From: an uncultured bacterium
Lineage (GTDB): Bacteria; Patescibacteriota; Minisyncoccia; Phycocordibacterales; UBA9973
DNA: 64,000 nucleotides
NCBI GenBank assembly: GCA_903869825.1
Contig: CAIQAL010000016.1
Coordinates: 34,269-98,268, forward strand
Direction of reading: 5' to 3'
In this document: positions 30,715 to 40,935 of the stretch, piece by piece
How positions within the stretch are numbered: the first letter of the stretch is position 1
Layout: each line of letters begins with the position of its first letter
Program-made: the position numbers and the translations under genes
The notes under the pieces: model-generated
Told to the model about the DNA's origin: nothing
Seen by the model: only the letters and a program-made list of their open reading frames with translations
Database searches by the model: none

Positions 30715-31308
30715 ATGTTAATACCAACCGTTATTGAAAAATCACAATTTGGGGAAAGAGCTTATGATATTTATTCTCGTCTCTTGCGTGAGCGAATAGT
30801 TTTTTTAGCCGGACCGATTGATGACAATGTGGCAAACATCGTTATCGCCCAACTTCTTTTCTTGGAGTCAGAGGATCCAAAGAAAGATATTTTCTTTTAT
30901 ATCAATTCTCCAGGAGGATCGGTTACTTCAACTATGGCCATCGTTGATACGATGAACCACATTCGACCAGACGTTTCCACTTTTTGCGTCGGCCTGGCTG
31001 CTTCTGGTGCTGCCATTATTTTGTCCGCCGGGAAAAAAGGAAAGAGGTATGTTTTGCCAAATGCCGAAATTATGATTCACCAACCACTCGGTGGCGTTGA
31101 AGGCCAAGCAACCGATATTGCAATAACCGCAAAACATATTTTGAAAACAAAAGATAACCTAAACAAACTATTGGCAAAAAATACCGGAAAGCCGCTCTCC
31201 CAAATAGAAAAGGACGCTGAACGCGATTTCTTTATGGATGCTGACGAAGCTCAAAAATACGGCATCGTTGACGAAATTGTAACCAAGTCAAAAGCAATAG
31301 TTAAATAA
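30715..31308 (+). CDS. clpP: ATP-dependent Clp protease proteolytic subunit
   Basis: [25 protein letters not shown]. Confidence 0.98.
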   Translation: MLIPTVIEKSQFGERAYDIYSRLLRERIVFLAGPIDDNVANIVIAQLLFLESEDPKKDIFFYINSPGGSVTSTMAIVDTMNHIRPDVSTFCVGLAASGAAIILSAGKKGKRYVLPNAEIMIHQPLGGVEGQATDIAITAKHILKTKDNLNKLLAKNTGKPLSQIEKDAERDFFMDADEAQKYGIVDEIVTKSKAIVK

Positions 31309-31313
31309 TCGTT

Positions 31314-31341
31314 AAAAAGAGGACGAATCGTCCTCTTTTTT
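31314..31341 (+). terminator. intrinsic terminator
   Basis: AAAAAGAGGACG-AAT-CGTCCTCTTTTTT. Confidence 0.8.
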
Positions 31342-31530
31342 GATTCCCTAGACAAAACTGATAGCTTTTGGTATATTGAGTAAGTCAGATTTAAAAATTT
31401 ATTTAAATTGGTTTATAGGAATATTCCATATATGAGAAGCATCTTTAACGGAAATTTTCACATCTTTAAGAATAAGAAGAAAATCGAACCGCAAATATAG
31501 TGGCGTGTTTTTGTAGGCCAAAATAGGCTT

Positions 31531-33063
31531 ATGAGTACAACATTAACGATACTACTAATCGGAGCGATCGCGCTCCTCTTGGGCGTTCTAATAGGATATT
31601 ATTTGAGAGTAATTGTTGCCTTGGGGAAAAGGCGCTCTATCGAAATCGACATCAAACAAATGATGGTCGGAGCGAAAGAAGAATCCCAGAGAATTTTGGA
31701 CGAGGCAAAAAGCAAGTCAGAAAAAACACTCGCTGAATTAAAGGGTGAAGAAAAAAAGAAAGAAATCGAGTTCAAAGACACCGAAAAGAGACTCATTAAG
31801 AAAGATGAGCTTTTGGACGCACGCCAGGCTGAGATGAACAAAGAGGTAGAAGGAATCAAACTCAAGGTCGAAGAAGTAAAAAAAATTCAAGAACGGGTCT
31901 CAAAGATTGAGGAAGACAAGCGGCTCGAACTTGAAAGGGTAGCTCGTCTTTCCGAAAAAGACGCAAAAGAAGAACTTTTGAAAGATATTGAAAAAAGATA
32001 TGAGGAAGATATCCTAGCAAAAATCCAAAAATTAGAAAACAACAACGAAGAGAAGCTCGAAGAAAGAGCAAAAGAAATTTTGGCTACTTCTATTCAACGT
32101 TTGGCTGTTTCAACTGCATCAGACTTGATGACCACGACCGTGGCTATCCCAAATAATGAAATTAAAGGGAAAATCATTGGAAAAGAAGGTAGAAATATCC
32201 GCGCTTTTGAACGAGTAGCCGGTGTTGAATTGATTGTGGATGATACCCCGGGCTCGATTGTTATTTCTTCGTTTGACCCGGTTCGAAGACAAGTAGCAAG
32301 AGTCGCCCTTGAGAATTTAATCTTGGACGGACGTATCCAGCCGGCTAAAATTGAAGAAATCGTAGATAAAGCTAAAGAAGAAATCAATAAAATCATCAAA
32401 GAAAAAGGAGAACAAGCAGTATACGAGTGCGGAATCTTTAATTTTGACCCTCGAATTGTTGCAATCATTGGGCGTTTGTATTTCCGAACTAGTTACGGGC
32501 AAAATGTTCTGCAACACTCGATTGAAATGTCTCACATTGCCGGAATGTTGGCAGAAGAACTGCATGCTGATGTCGCTATCGCTAAAGCGGGAGCCCTTGT
32601 ACACGATATCGGGAAAGCACTCGACCATGAAGTCCAAGGAACTCATATTGATATTGGAATGAGAATTCTGCAGAAGTTTGGGGCTGATGAGCGCATCATT
32701 ACTGCAATGAAATCCCATCACGAAGACTATCCTTATGAAACCATTGAAGCGATTATCGTCCAAACAGCGGACGCCATATCAGGCGGACGACCTGGCGCAA
32801 GACGAGATTCGGTAGAAAACTACTTGAAACGCTTACAAGAACTTGAAGCTTTGGTAAATGGCTTCCCGGCAGTTGAAAAATCCTATGCTCTCCAAGCAGG
32901 CCGTGAAATAAGGATATTTGTGACCCCAGAAAAAATTTCAGACGCCGAAGCAAAACTAATGGCCCGAGATATTGCCACCAAAATCGAACAAGAACTAAAA
33001 TACCCTGGTGAAATCAAGGTGACAATGATCCGTGAAACCAGAATCATCGAATACGCAAGATAG
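31531..33063 (+). CDS. rny: ribonuclease Y
   Basis: N-terminal TM, coiled coil, KH (IIGKEGRNIR), HD (HDIGK), YPGEIKVT. Confidence 0.97.
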   Translation: MSTTLTILLIGAIALLLGVLIGYYLRVIVALGKRRSIEIDIKQMMVGAKEESQRILDEAKSKSEKTLAELKGEEKKKEIEFKDTEKRLIKKDELLDARQAEMNKEVEGIKLKVEEVKKIQERVSKIEEDKRLELERVARLSEKDAKEELLKDIEKRYEEDILAKIQKLENNNEEKLEERAKEILATSIQRLAVSTASDLMTTTVAIPNNEIKGKIIGKEGRNIRAFERVAGVELIVDDTPGSIVISSFDPVRRQVARVALENLILDGRIQPAKIEEIVDKAKEEINKIIKEKGEQAVYECGIFNFDPRIVAIIGRLYFRTSYGQNVLQHSIEMSHIAGMLAEELHADVAIAKAGALVHDIGKALDHEVQGTHIDIGMRILQKFGADERIITAMKSHHEDYPYETIEAIIVQTADAISGGRPGARRDSVENYLKRLQELEALVNGFPAVEKSYALQAGREIRIFVTPEKISDAEAKLMARDIATKIEQELKYPGEIKVTMIRETRIIEYAR

Positions 33064-33183
33064 ATTTTTTGCGCTTGCGTCAAAAAACCCTTAGTATATA
33101 ATATATAAGTAGTAATTGTTTGCTAATTGGCTACGAATATAAGTAGCCGGTCGAGAAATTATAAGAAAAAAACTTAAAATATT

Positions 33184-33456
33184 ATGAATAAACAAGGATT
33201 AGTAGAATGGGTACACGGAAAGTTAGGTGGCACCAAAGTACAGGCAGAAGAAATCGTTGATGGATTGTTTGATACGATCATCTCCACCATGAAAAAGGGA
33301 GACGAAGTATCAGTCGCTGGCTTCGGAATCTTCTCAACCAAAGCACGTGCTGCAAGAATGGCTCGTAATCCAAAAACTGGAGAACAAGTTAAAGTAGCTG
33401 CAACCACTGTTCCAAAATTCAGAGCGGCAAAGGCTTTGAAGGACGCTGTAAAATAA
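33184..33456 (+). CDS. hup: HU DNA-binding protein
   Basis: GFGIF, ARNPKTGE, VPKFRAAKALKDAV. Confidence 0.96.
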   Translation: MNKQGLVEWVHGKLGGTKVQAEEIVDGLFDTIISTMKKGDEVSVAGFGIFSTKARAARMARNPKTGEQVKVAATTVPKFRAAKALKDAVK

Positions 33457-33470
33457 TTTTATCTCGAGAT

Positions 33471-33515
33471 AAAAACAAAAGCACCCTGAGATTGTCGAAG
33501 GGTGTTTTTGTTTTT
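33471..33515. terminator. bidirectional terminator whose core is a REP-like element
   Basis: AAAAACAAAAGCACCC-TGAGATTGTCGAA-GGGTGTTTTTGTTTTT. Confidence 0.7.
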
Positions 33516-33519
33516 AAAA

Positions 33520-35171
33520 TTAATATATCTCTTGATTATAACAATAATCACAATATACAATTTCTAGTCTGTCTGGAGCATAAGCTGTTTCAAATTCATT
33601 CGGACAACCTTCTTTCATGCATTTTCGGTGCCAGAGCTTACGAGGATTTCGTTTTGCCATTCTCTCTCCTTATGTCGACATTCAAAATCTTTATGGGGCA
33701 GAGGCAAATTCATTCTCTTATAAAATGACAACTCTGCTTGGGTAATTCGAAAGTTTTTCTTGCACTCCTCACAAACAAATATTTCTTTCAAAATATCTTC
33801 GGAAATATCAAAAATACTACTTGGTATCTCTTTTAAGGTTTCCAACCCGTATGTTCCAGTTGTTTTCTCTTGCCAACGAAAGCCTCTTTTCAATGATTCT
33901 TCTTTTGTTAAAGGAAAATAATCGTGAGCTAGAGTTTCATTATAGCAAAAAGGTGCAAGATTAGCAGGAAAATATTGTCCAAAGACACTGTTTTGTTTTA
34001 ACTCTACCTCAATTTTTTCTTTTAGTTTAAAATATTCTTCTTTGGAATATGTCTTATTAAGAATCATACACTCACCTTTTCGAATGGCATTACACCCGAG
34101 CCCATTTACTAGATGATGGCAGTTTTCACAATATTCAACCCCACTACAATAGAAAACGAAAGCGGAATTTTTTAACTGGCTACCTTCCAAAGCTCCCATA
34201 ATGTTATACCCAAACTGGGACTTGTAATAATAATTGTTACAATCCCAACTATCAATTGGACTTTCTGTGTCTGTCATATAAGAACAATTTTTGGCATCAT
34301 AAGTGTCATAGAGTAGTACTCCTTGGTGACAATTGTACAAATAATCTCCAGTGACGTTGTTACATTTGTTTTGAGAAGCGAATTTTCGGATAGTTTTTTC
34401 TTTTAATCGTTCGAATTCTTTTTTAGCTTTTTCAATACTTTCGTAATTTTTTAGAATTTCGGCTTTTTTCTTTTCATATTCTTCTTTCTCGTATTTCACA
34501 TTGAAAATGGCATTGGTTAAGTGCCTGCCATTGGTGCAAAAGATACAATTACTCGAATCACGCATGTTATAGCAAAACAAAAGATCGCTGGAAGATTGGC
34601 ACTGCTCACAGAACATGCATTTGAAACATTTTCGGGAATCTAGACACTCGTAACAAAGTTCCGATTCGTGTAGAAATGCACAGTCGACACAAAATTTATC
34701 CCGTTGCAAAAGTCTGCTATACATACAATCCTCATTGTAGTCAGCCGCAAAAATCATGTAGCAATCCTTGTTTTCGGCTGAGCCATTTGTGTAATCACTT
34801 CGAACATTATTTACAGCAGCCATGCTTTGTCTTGGCACTTTCTTTTGCAATTCTTTGTATTGTTCAAAAAATGTTTTAGTTCGGTCATAATCCACGCCAA
34901 AACTTTTTGGGTCCCAGCCGTCACTCCACCAACAATCATGACAGTAAACTTGGAAATCCGACTCTGGAGAATAAACCGTTATTATGTCTTTTCTACAGAG
35001 ATCACATTGTCTTTTGTAAAGAGTCCGTTCATTTCGAAAAACTAAACGTCTAGCCATCCGACAATCGGAACAGTAAAGTGGAGGAGCAGTTTTCATCTGC
35101 TCGTAAAAAATCATATCCGCGTCCCGGATTTCAAACTCTTGATTACATGTCTTACAAATTTCTTTTGTCAT
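33520..35171 (-). CDS. Cys-rich repeat / zinc-ribbon protein, frameshifted near its 3' end
   Basis: paralog of 72-1820; C-terminus RNPRKLWHRKC..YCDYCYNQEIY is in another frame after a (GA)4 tract at 33661-33668. Confidence 0.8.
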
Positions 35172-35226
35172 TTGTTATTAGAATACAAAGTAATCAACTA
35201 TTTGTCAAAAATTTATTAGTTTCACA

Positions 35227-35754
35227 TTAAACTTCAAGTGTAGTAACTCCTTTAAGGTGCTCGGAGATGAAGTATCCTTGGAATTTTTCAAGGGAGGGAA
35301 GCTCAATTTTTGGCAGAGGAGAAAAAAAGATTTTTGTATTAAAAGGTTCAGTTAAAATTTTATCTTTTATAACACATTTATTAAAATCTCCCGATAGAAT
35401 GAATTTTTCTTTCTTTAATACTGCTTGAATTACTTCTTCAGAGAAAAGTTCAATATTTTTTAGTAATATTATTCGATTATCTAGTCCATGGCTCAAATTA
35501 TCTAAAAACTTTTTTTCATTTTCCTTGGTAAAAAAAGTAGCATCGCCTTTTGTCTCACCAATTTGATTTTTGAATTGTTCCTCAGCCATCGGGTAACCGC
35601 AAAGAACAATGATTTTATTCCCTTCCAAAAACAAATTACCAATGGTTGAAATTGTATAAAAAGAGGCTCCCGCATGATCTTCTCCGTGAATTAGTGCTGG
35701 AAAATCTGCTTGGGTAAATTTAAATTCCTTTTGATTAACAAATATTTTTTTCAT
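35227..35754 (-). CDS. hypothetical protein (degenerate P-loop-like fold)
   Basis: 175-aa ORF; LIHGEDHAGASF resembles a decayed Walker A. Confidence 0.6.
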   Translation of the reverse strand: MKKIFVNQKEFKFTQADFPALIHGEDHAGASFYTISTIGNLFLEGNKIIVLCGYPMAEEQFKNQIGETKGDATFFTKENEKKFLDNLSHGLDNRIILLKNIELFSEEVIQAVLKKEKFILSGDFNKCVIKDKILTEPFNTKIFFSPLPKIELPSLEKFQGYFISEHLKGVTTLEV

Positions 35755-35779
35755 TCTTAAATAATAACACAGGAGTTTT

Positions 35780-36179
35780 TATTATTGTTCTAATTTTTTT
35801 TTATTCTTTTCAAAGTCTATTTGATATTCAGGGATGCCGAGAGCAAGCCATATTTAGTAACTTCAGCGTATTCTTTTTTACTAGCTCTATCTATTTAAAA
35901 AATTTTATCTCTATAAATAACAAAATGGATCTGTTCATTTTTATAATCTGCATACCATCCGTGGAGATGATTGCCGTTTTGTGATTTACTAATCTGCTCT
36001 GTTACTTCTGAGGATAGGCTTGGCTCAACCTCAACTTTGTGCAAGGTCCATATTTTTACCCATAGTGTCTGGTATCTGTCCGTTACTTCTTCCACTTTAG
36101 TAGAAATAATTTTTACTCTACTTAATACAGATTTGTCTCCCAAACTTTCTTCAATTATTTTGCCTTTAAATGCTTCTAT
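35780..36179 (-). pseudogene. degraded conserved hypothetical protein
   Basis: ATA in place of a start, FKGKIIEESL..WTLHKVE..WYADYKN, in-frame TAA, then IDRASKKEY.. and frameshifted LGIPEYQIDF. Confidence 0.65.
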
Positions 36180-36195
36180 GATTTATACTTTTATA

Positions 36196-36762
36196 CTAAT
36201 ATTTTCGGATAACTGCTTTTACTACGGCGGCGATGTTGAAACTGTGCTTCGGGTAAATTGGTTTTAAATTTTTATTGGCCGGTTCGAGCCAGACTTTCGC
36301 TCCAGACTGTCTAAAATATTTCAAAGTAAACTCGCCATCAACTTCGGCAATGACAATTTCTCTGTCTTTTGCCTGATTCGTTTTTTCTACAAGAATGCTA
36401 TCCCCTTTTTCAATATGCGCGTCAATCATCGAATCCCCGTCTACTTCAAGCATATAAGTAAGTGCTTTATTCTTGATTAAAAAATCATCCAGATTAATAG
36501 TGGTATCCGGAATTTCATCCACTTCGGATGGGAAACCAGCTTTGACAAGCCCTAGTTTTGGAATTTCACCAAATGTTTCTGATGGAATAAGTCTTCCTAA
36601 ATGATCTTTTGCCACTAAACCAGCTTCCATTAGTTTTTCAACGATTCGGAAAACAGCATTTTTTGATTTGAAGCTAAAAAGTTTCATCATCTCCGAATAG
36701 GTAGGCATTCTTTTGTTCCCCTGGTAGAAAGATTCAATTTTTGTTTGATAAATATTTTTCAT
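36196..36762 (-). CDS. lexA: LexA-family repressor (S24 peptidase)
   Basis: MPTYSEM HTH, VKAGFP cleavage site, GDSM Ser, TLKY Lys, LEPAN. Confidence 0.9.
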   Translation of the reverse strand: MKNIYQTKIESFYQGNKRMPTYSEMMKLFSFKSKNAVFRIVEKLMEAGLVAKDHLGRLIPSETFGEIPKLGLVKAGFPSEVDEIPDTTINLDDFLIKNKALTYMLEVDGDSMIDAHIEKGDSILVEKTNQAKDREIVIAEVDGEFTLKYFRQSGAKVWLEPANKNLKPIYPKHSFNIAAVVKAVIRKY

Positions 36763-36783
36763 TTCCTTAATCCAAAATTACTC

Positions 36784-36975
36784 TTAGAATTGAAATATCG
36801 GAAAAAGTTTCCGAAAAATATTTTGCCTGGTGAGATAGCGCATTCTTCGAAGCATCAGCTTGTGATCTCGAGCTTCTTTTTTGTATTCTTCCCCTCGCAT
36901 AATTTTGATATCAATGGCCTTGTTTACCTTTTGAATCTCTTTTTCTAGCATTTTTAAATATTGTTTTTGTGACAT
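36784..36975 (-). CDS. small basic hypothetical protein, first gene of lexA operon
   Basis: 63-aa ORF between promoter and lexA. Confidence 0.65.
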   Translation of the reverse strand: MSQKQYLKMLEKEIQKVNKAIDIKIMRGEEYKKEARDHKLMLRRMRYLTRQNIFRKLFPIFQF

Positions 36976-37041
36976 ATTACTTGTCCCGCAGCGGCGGGAT
37001 TAAATTTTATTTGTTAAAACGACCTATTTATTTATATAAAT

Positions 37042-37070
37042 AGTATATGTGAACGCTCGTTCACTGTCAA
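37042..37070 (-). promoter_or_regulatory. sigma70 promoter with SOS box in the spacer
   Basis: TTGACA-GTGAACGAGCGTTCACA-TATACT; GAAC-N4-GTTC palindrome at 37049-37064. Confidence 0.88.
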
Positions 37071-37116
37071 CAAACTCCTGTGGATAACTAAAAAAACCCC
37101 AGTGCCTTGGGGCATT

Positions 37117-37237
37117 TTAGGTATTTACTTTCGGCCGATACTGGATTACCTCCAGGATATGATCCTTCTATTTCGATTGTGACGATTGTTCCCGAAAGTA
37201 GGTTTACTTGTGCCGAATAAACTCTTTCAAACGCTAT
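37117..37237 (-). pseudogene. comM: ComM/YifB AAA+ ATPase remnant (121 nt)
   Basis: ATA-AFERVYSAQVNLLSGTIVTIEIE joined out of frame to DHILEVIQYRPKVNT*, i.e. both termini of the family. Confidence 0.75.
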
Positions 37238-37255
37238 TCTGCTTTAATTAAATTA

Positions 37256-37621
37256 CTAATTACCTCCGTTCATGTGCTTTTTGCACGTTCGGGCAGATGG
37301 ATTCGCTTCCATTCTGGCAAGTTCAATATCTTTTTTACAAACTTCACATTTCCCAAAAGACTCTTTTCCGATTCCCTTCAAGGCCAAAAGTACGTGAGAA
37401 AGTTTTGATTCCAAAACTCTTAGCATGGAACTTTTTGCTTCAAAATCTTCAAACCGGTCGGCCATATCATTTTGGTCAGTGGCAACAGAGTTCATTTCTT
37501 CCGGAGTCGCTTCCCACTCACTTGTTTGTGGATTAAATTTCCCCATTCCTTTTAATCCTTCAACTAGGGTATCCCTTTCTTTTTCTAATTTTTCTTTGAT
37601 TTTATTTTTATCTAATGGCAT
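37256..37621 (-). CDS. TraR/DksA C4 zinc-finger protein
   Basis: DQNDMAD, FGKCEVC..RMEANPSARTCKKH. Confidence 0.88.
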   Translation of the reverse strand: MPLDKNKIKEKLEKERDTLVEGLKGMGKFNPQTSEWEATPEEMNSVATDQNDMADRFEDFEAKSSMLRVLESKLSHVLLALKGIGKESFGKCEVCKKDIELARMEANPSARTCKKHMNGGN

Positions 37622-37655
37622 AGGCAGATAATAGCATTAAATTTCTAAATTGCAA

Positions 37656-38516
37656 CTACTTTTGGACTTGAGCCGAGGCTAATCTGAGGATTATTTCTGT
37701 GGCGGCTGTCTCACTATCTGTAATAATGAGCGAACTATTTTCAGCATAGATATACATCATCACGATTTTCCCATTATTATCCCTGAGGATTCGGGCATTT
37801 CTGTTTTGGATGATTCCATCCTCGAAATTTTTTTCTAGCAGATAATTTGTATCTGTATTTAGTTCAATCCCAAAATACCCATGCAGGTCGTAAAACATTT
37901 TCTTTTCCCAACCTCTCATTGCGTCAAATATATCTGCTGCTGATCGCATTTGAATCAAAAAAAACAGGTTTTTGGTGGGCTCGGCAGACTCTTCTTCGTT
38001 CACTGCCCCAAGTAGAAAATTATCACTGATAAACTCGATTTTTGATTGGTCTAATTTTGCTTCAATTAATTTGAAAAAATCTCGAAGCCCTATTATTTTT
38101 TTATCTTTGGTTAGATAGATTCCTTCCACTCCTCCCTGTTTAACTTCCACCGTCTTTGCCTCACTTGAAATTGTTTGAGCAACCTCTTCTTTAGTTAACC
38201 CAGAGAGTTCATTAAAGATGGTTTTATCGGTGAAGATTATCGGAACATAAGCCGGTTTCACTTCCACACTAAAAATCTGTTGACGAAAAATAAAGACAAG
38301 TGATACTAAGAGAAAAGTGAGCAAAACTAGGGCAATTCCTGCATAGAGGAATATTTTATTCCACTTGTGTTCGGGAGATTTTTTCTCTACTTCCGCGTCG
38401 TGTTCTTCTTGCTCTTGAATTATTTTTTTTATTACTCCGTTCTTGTTGTCCCCGATGATTTTTGCCATATCGTCAGCATAGGTTTCAACTTCTATGTTTT
38501 TCTTTGGTTCTTCCAT
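37656..38516 (-). CDS. single-pass membrane hypothetical protein
   Basis: one TM helix, 286 aa, leaderless promoter. Confidence 0.75.
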   Translation of the reverse strand: MEEPKKNIEVETYADDMAKIIGDNKNGVIKKIIQEQEEHDAEVEKKSPEHKWNKIFLYAGIALVLLTFLLVSLVFIFRQQIFSVEVKPAYVPIIFTDKTIFNELSGLTKEEVAQTISSEAKTVEVKQGGVEGIYLTKDKKIIGLRDFFKLIEAKLDQSKIEFISDNFLLGAVNEEESAEPTKNLFFLIQMRSAADIFDAMRGWEKKMFYDLHGYFGIELNTDTNYLLEKNFEDGIIQNRNARILRDNNGKIVMMYIYAENSSLIITDSETAATEIILRLASAQVQK

Positions 38517-38568
38517 TTGCTATATCATAACACAACGACAGAATATACGAAAAACAGGGAATAATTTT

Positions 38569-40683
38569 TTAGCTTTTTGGTTTAAAGAAATCTTTATCTG
38601 CAGCTTTAATGGAAAGCGAGATTTTACCACTTTCCATATCAACTTTGAGTACTCGGACAGGCACAATCATCCCTTCTTTTACTACGTCTCGAACATCGTT
38701 CACTCGAAATGGTGCAAGTTCTGAAACATGCACCAACCCATCGGTAAAAGGATTCAGTCGGACAAAGGCTCCAAAGTCAGCGATTTTTACTACTTCACCT
38801 TGAAGAGTTTCACCAGGTTTATATTCGTGAGTCATTTCTTCCACCATTTTCTTGGCAATGCCGGCTGACTCTCCTACTCCGGTAAAGTAAACAGTTCCAT
38901 CATCTTCGACGGTAATTTCCGCTCCCGATTGAGCTTTAATGTCTTTAATTGTCTTTCCACCGGAACCGATCACCATTCCGATTTGATCCGGTTTGATTTT
39001 AATAATTAATATTTTTGGTGCATTCGGTGAGATGTCGGCACGAGGTTTGGCAATTTCTTTTTCAATTCTGTCCAAAATTGCAGTCCGAGCTTTGATGGAT
39101 TGAACCATCGCTTCGCCTAATATTTTTATTGGCACTCCTTCCACTTTTACGTCGAGCTGGATTGCAGTTATCCCTTCCCTCGTTCCGGCTACTTTGAAAT
39201 CCATATCTCCGTGATGATCTTCAGGTCCTTGAATGTCGGTTAGTATTTTATATTTTGCTTCACTCTCATACATTAGCCCCATCGCAATTCCGGCCACTGG
39301 TGCTTTAATAGGCACACCCGCGTCCATAAGAGCAAGCGAACTTGCACAGATAGATGCTTGAGAAGTGGAACCGTTCGATGCCATCGATTCAGAAACAATT
39401 CGGATAGTATACGGAAAATCTGCAATTTTTGGTAAGACCATCGCGAGTGCTTTTTCCGCCAAGGCCCCATGTCCAACTTCTCTCCGATTTGTAAATCCGG
39501 AACGTCCGGTTTCCCCGGCTGAGTATGGAGGGAAATTGTAATGGTGCATAAATCTTTTTTCAACTTTTAATTGAAGTCCATCCACCAAGTTTCTGTCTTC
39601 AGGTCCTCCGAGAGTTAGAACGGAAAGTACGTGAGTTCCTCCACGATAAAAAATTCCGGAACCATGCAAGATGCTGGAAATTCCTCCTGCTTGAGCAAAC
39701 AAATCACGCAAGCCATCCATCGCTCGGCCGTCGGCTCTTTTATTTTCATTGATTGCTTTTTCGTGCAACATTTTATTTTCAGTTCCGTCGAATAAATCAT
39801 CTTCGAGAGCAAAGTCTTCCCGGTCCGGATAGGTATCCTCCACCAATTTATTCCAAACATTATGAAGCTCATCGATTTTCTTTTTTCCAACACCAGCAAA
39901 AATAGCTGCTTCCATTTTTGGCAATATTTGTTCGTTAAAAAGTTTCACTGAATCAGCAGAAACTGTATCGATCTCTATCACTCTTTTTTCTTTCCCAATT
40001 TCTTTCGCAATTGCTTTTTGGAAATTTTCAAATTTTGTGATTTCTTCACTTGCTCGTTTTAAAGCTTCTTCTATTTCCTCTTCTTTTGTTTCATGGGCAG
40101 AAGCTTCAATCATATTAATGTTTCCGTCTTTCCCGCAAACCGTCAGGTCAAATTTATATTGCTCGTCCATTTCACGCAATTTCTGGGATGGATTGATTGT
40201 CAAATTGTCGGCGTCGTATTTTCCGATTCGAACACATCCGATTGGTCCCGCCCAAGGAATATTTGAAACCATAAGAGCGAGAGAGGCAGCGTTTACCGCC
40301 AAGATTGTCGGGTCATTATCATCGACTGAAATTACCGTTACAATTATCTGTACCGCGTGGCGCATTTTTTGGTCAAAAAGTGGACGCAAGGTTCGGTCAA
40401 TAACTCGACTAGCTAGAATCGCTGTCTCAGAAGGTCTTCCTTCTCGGCGAACAAAACGAGAACCCAAAATTTTTCCGGCAGCATAAAACTTCTCGGCATA
40501 GTCAACGGTCAAGTTGAAAAAGCCAAGTCCTTTTTGTTTGTCGTGAGACATGCAAGCCGTCGCCAACACTATCGTCTCCCCATATTTTAACATCACCGAT
40601 CCTTGAGCTTGTTCCGCCAAGTCAGTGAACATCGCGGTCAAAGTTTTGCCGCCGATTTCTACACTATATTCTTTTTTTTCCAT
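38569..40683 (-). CDS. pnp: polyribonucleotide nucleotidyltransferase
   Basis: RREGRP, HHYNFPPYS, RREVGHG, DMDFKVAG, KH and S1 domains. Confidence 0.98.
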   Translation of the reverse strand: MEKKEYSVEIGGKTLTAMFTDLAEQAQGSVMLKYGETIVLATACMSHDKQKGLGFFNLTVDYAEKFYAAGKILGSRFVRREGRPSETAILASRVIDRTLRPLFDQKMRHAVQIIVTVISVDDNDPTILAVNAASLALMVSNIPWAGPIGCVRIGKYDADNLTINPSQKLREMDEQYKFDLTVCGKDGNINMIEASAHETKEEEIEEALKRASEEITKFENFQKAIAKEIGKEKRVIEIDTVSADSVKLFNEQILPKMEAAIFAGVGKKKIDELHNVWNKLVEDTYPDREDFALEDDLFDGTENKMLHEKAINENKRADGRAMDGLRDLFAQAGGISSILHGSGIFYRGGTHVLSVLTLGGPEDRNLVDGLQLKVEKRFMHHYNFPPYSAGETGRSGFTNRREVGHGALAEKALAMVLPKIADFPYTIRIVSESMASNGSTSQASICASSLALMDAGVPIKAPVAGIAMGLMYESEAKYKILTDIQGPEDHHGDMDFKVAGTREGITAIQLDVKVEGVPIKILGEAMVQSIKARTAILDRIEKEIAKPRADISPNAPKILIIKIKPDQIGMVIGSGGKTIKDIKAQSGAEITVEDDGTVYFTGVGESAGIAKKMVEEMTHEYKPGETLQGEVVKIADFGAFVRLNPFTDGLVHVSELAPFRVNDVRDVVKEGMIVPVRVLKVDMESGKISLSIKAADKDFFKPKS

Positions 40684-40935
40684 AATTTTTTACTCCGAGT
40701 GTAGTCGGGTTTTACCGAACACAATCGTGAGGGTTAGTTCATATTCAGACTGTAATATTGTTCCTGTCTTTATTGATTAACACTGTTAATCTGCATATAA
40801 AGATGAACACTACTATCTGTCTGAACACGAACAGATTAACTAATAAATTACTTGATAATATTAGCACTTTTAGGGGATAAGTAAAGCCGAAAGTTTTTTC
40901 CAACTTTACTTATCCGTTAACCAAAATCAGACTAA

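Noticed and set aside
37120-37230. Structured ncRNA (TACTTTCGG/CCGAAAGTA pairing)
   Set aside because: Sequence is explained by the ComM termini; the pairing may be coincidental
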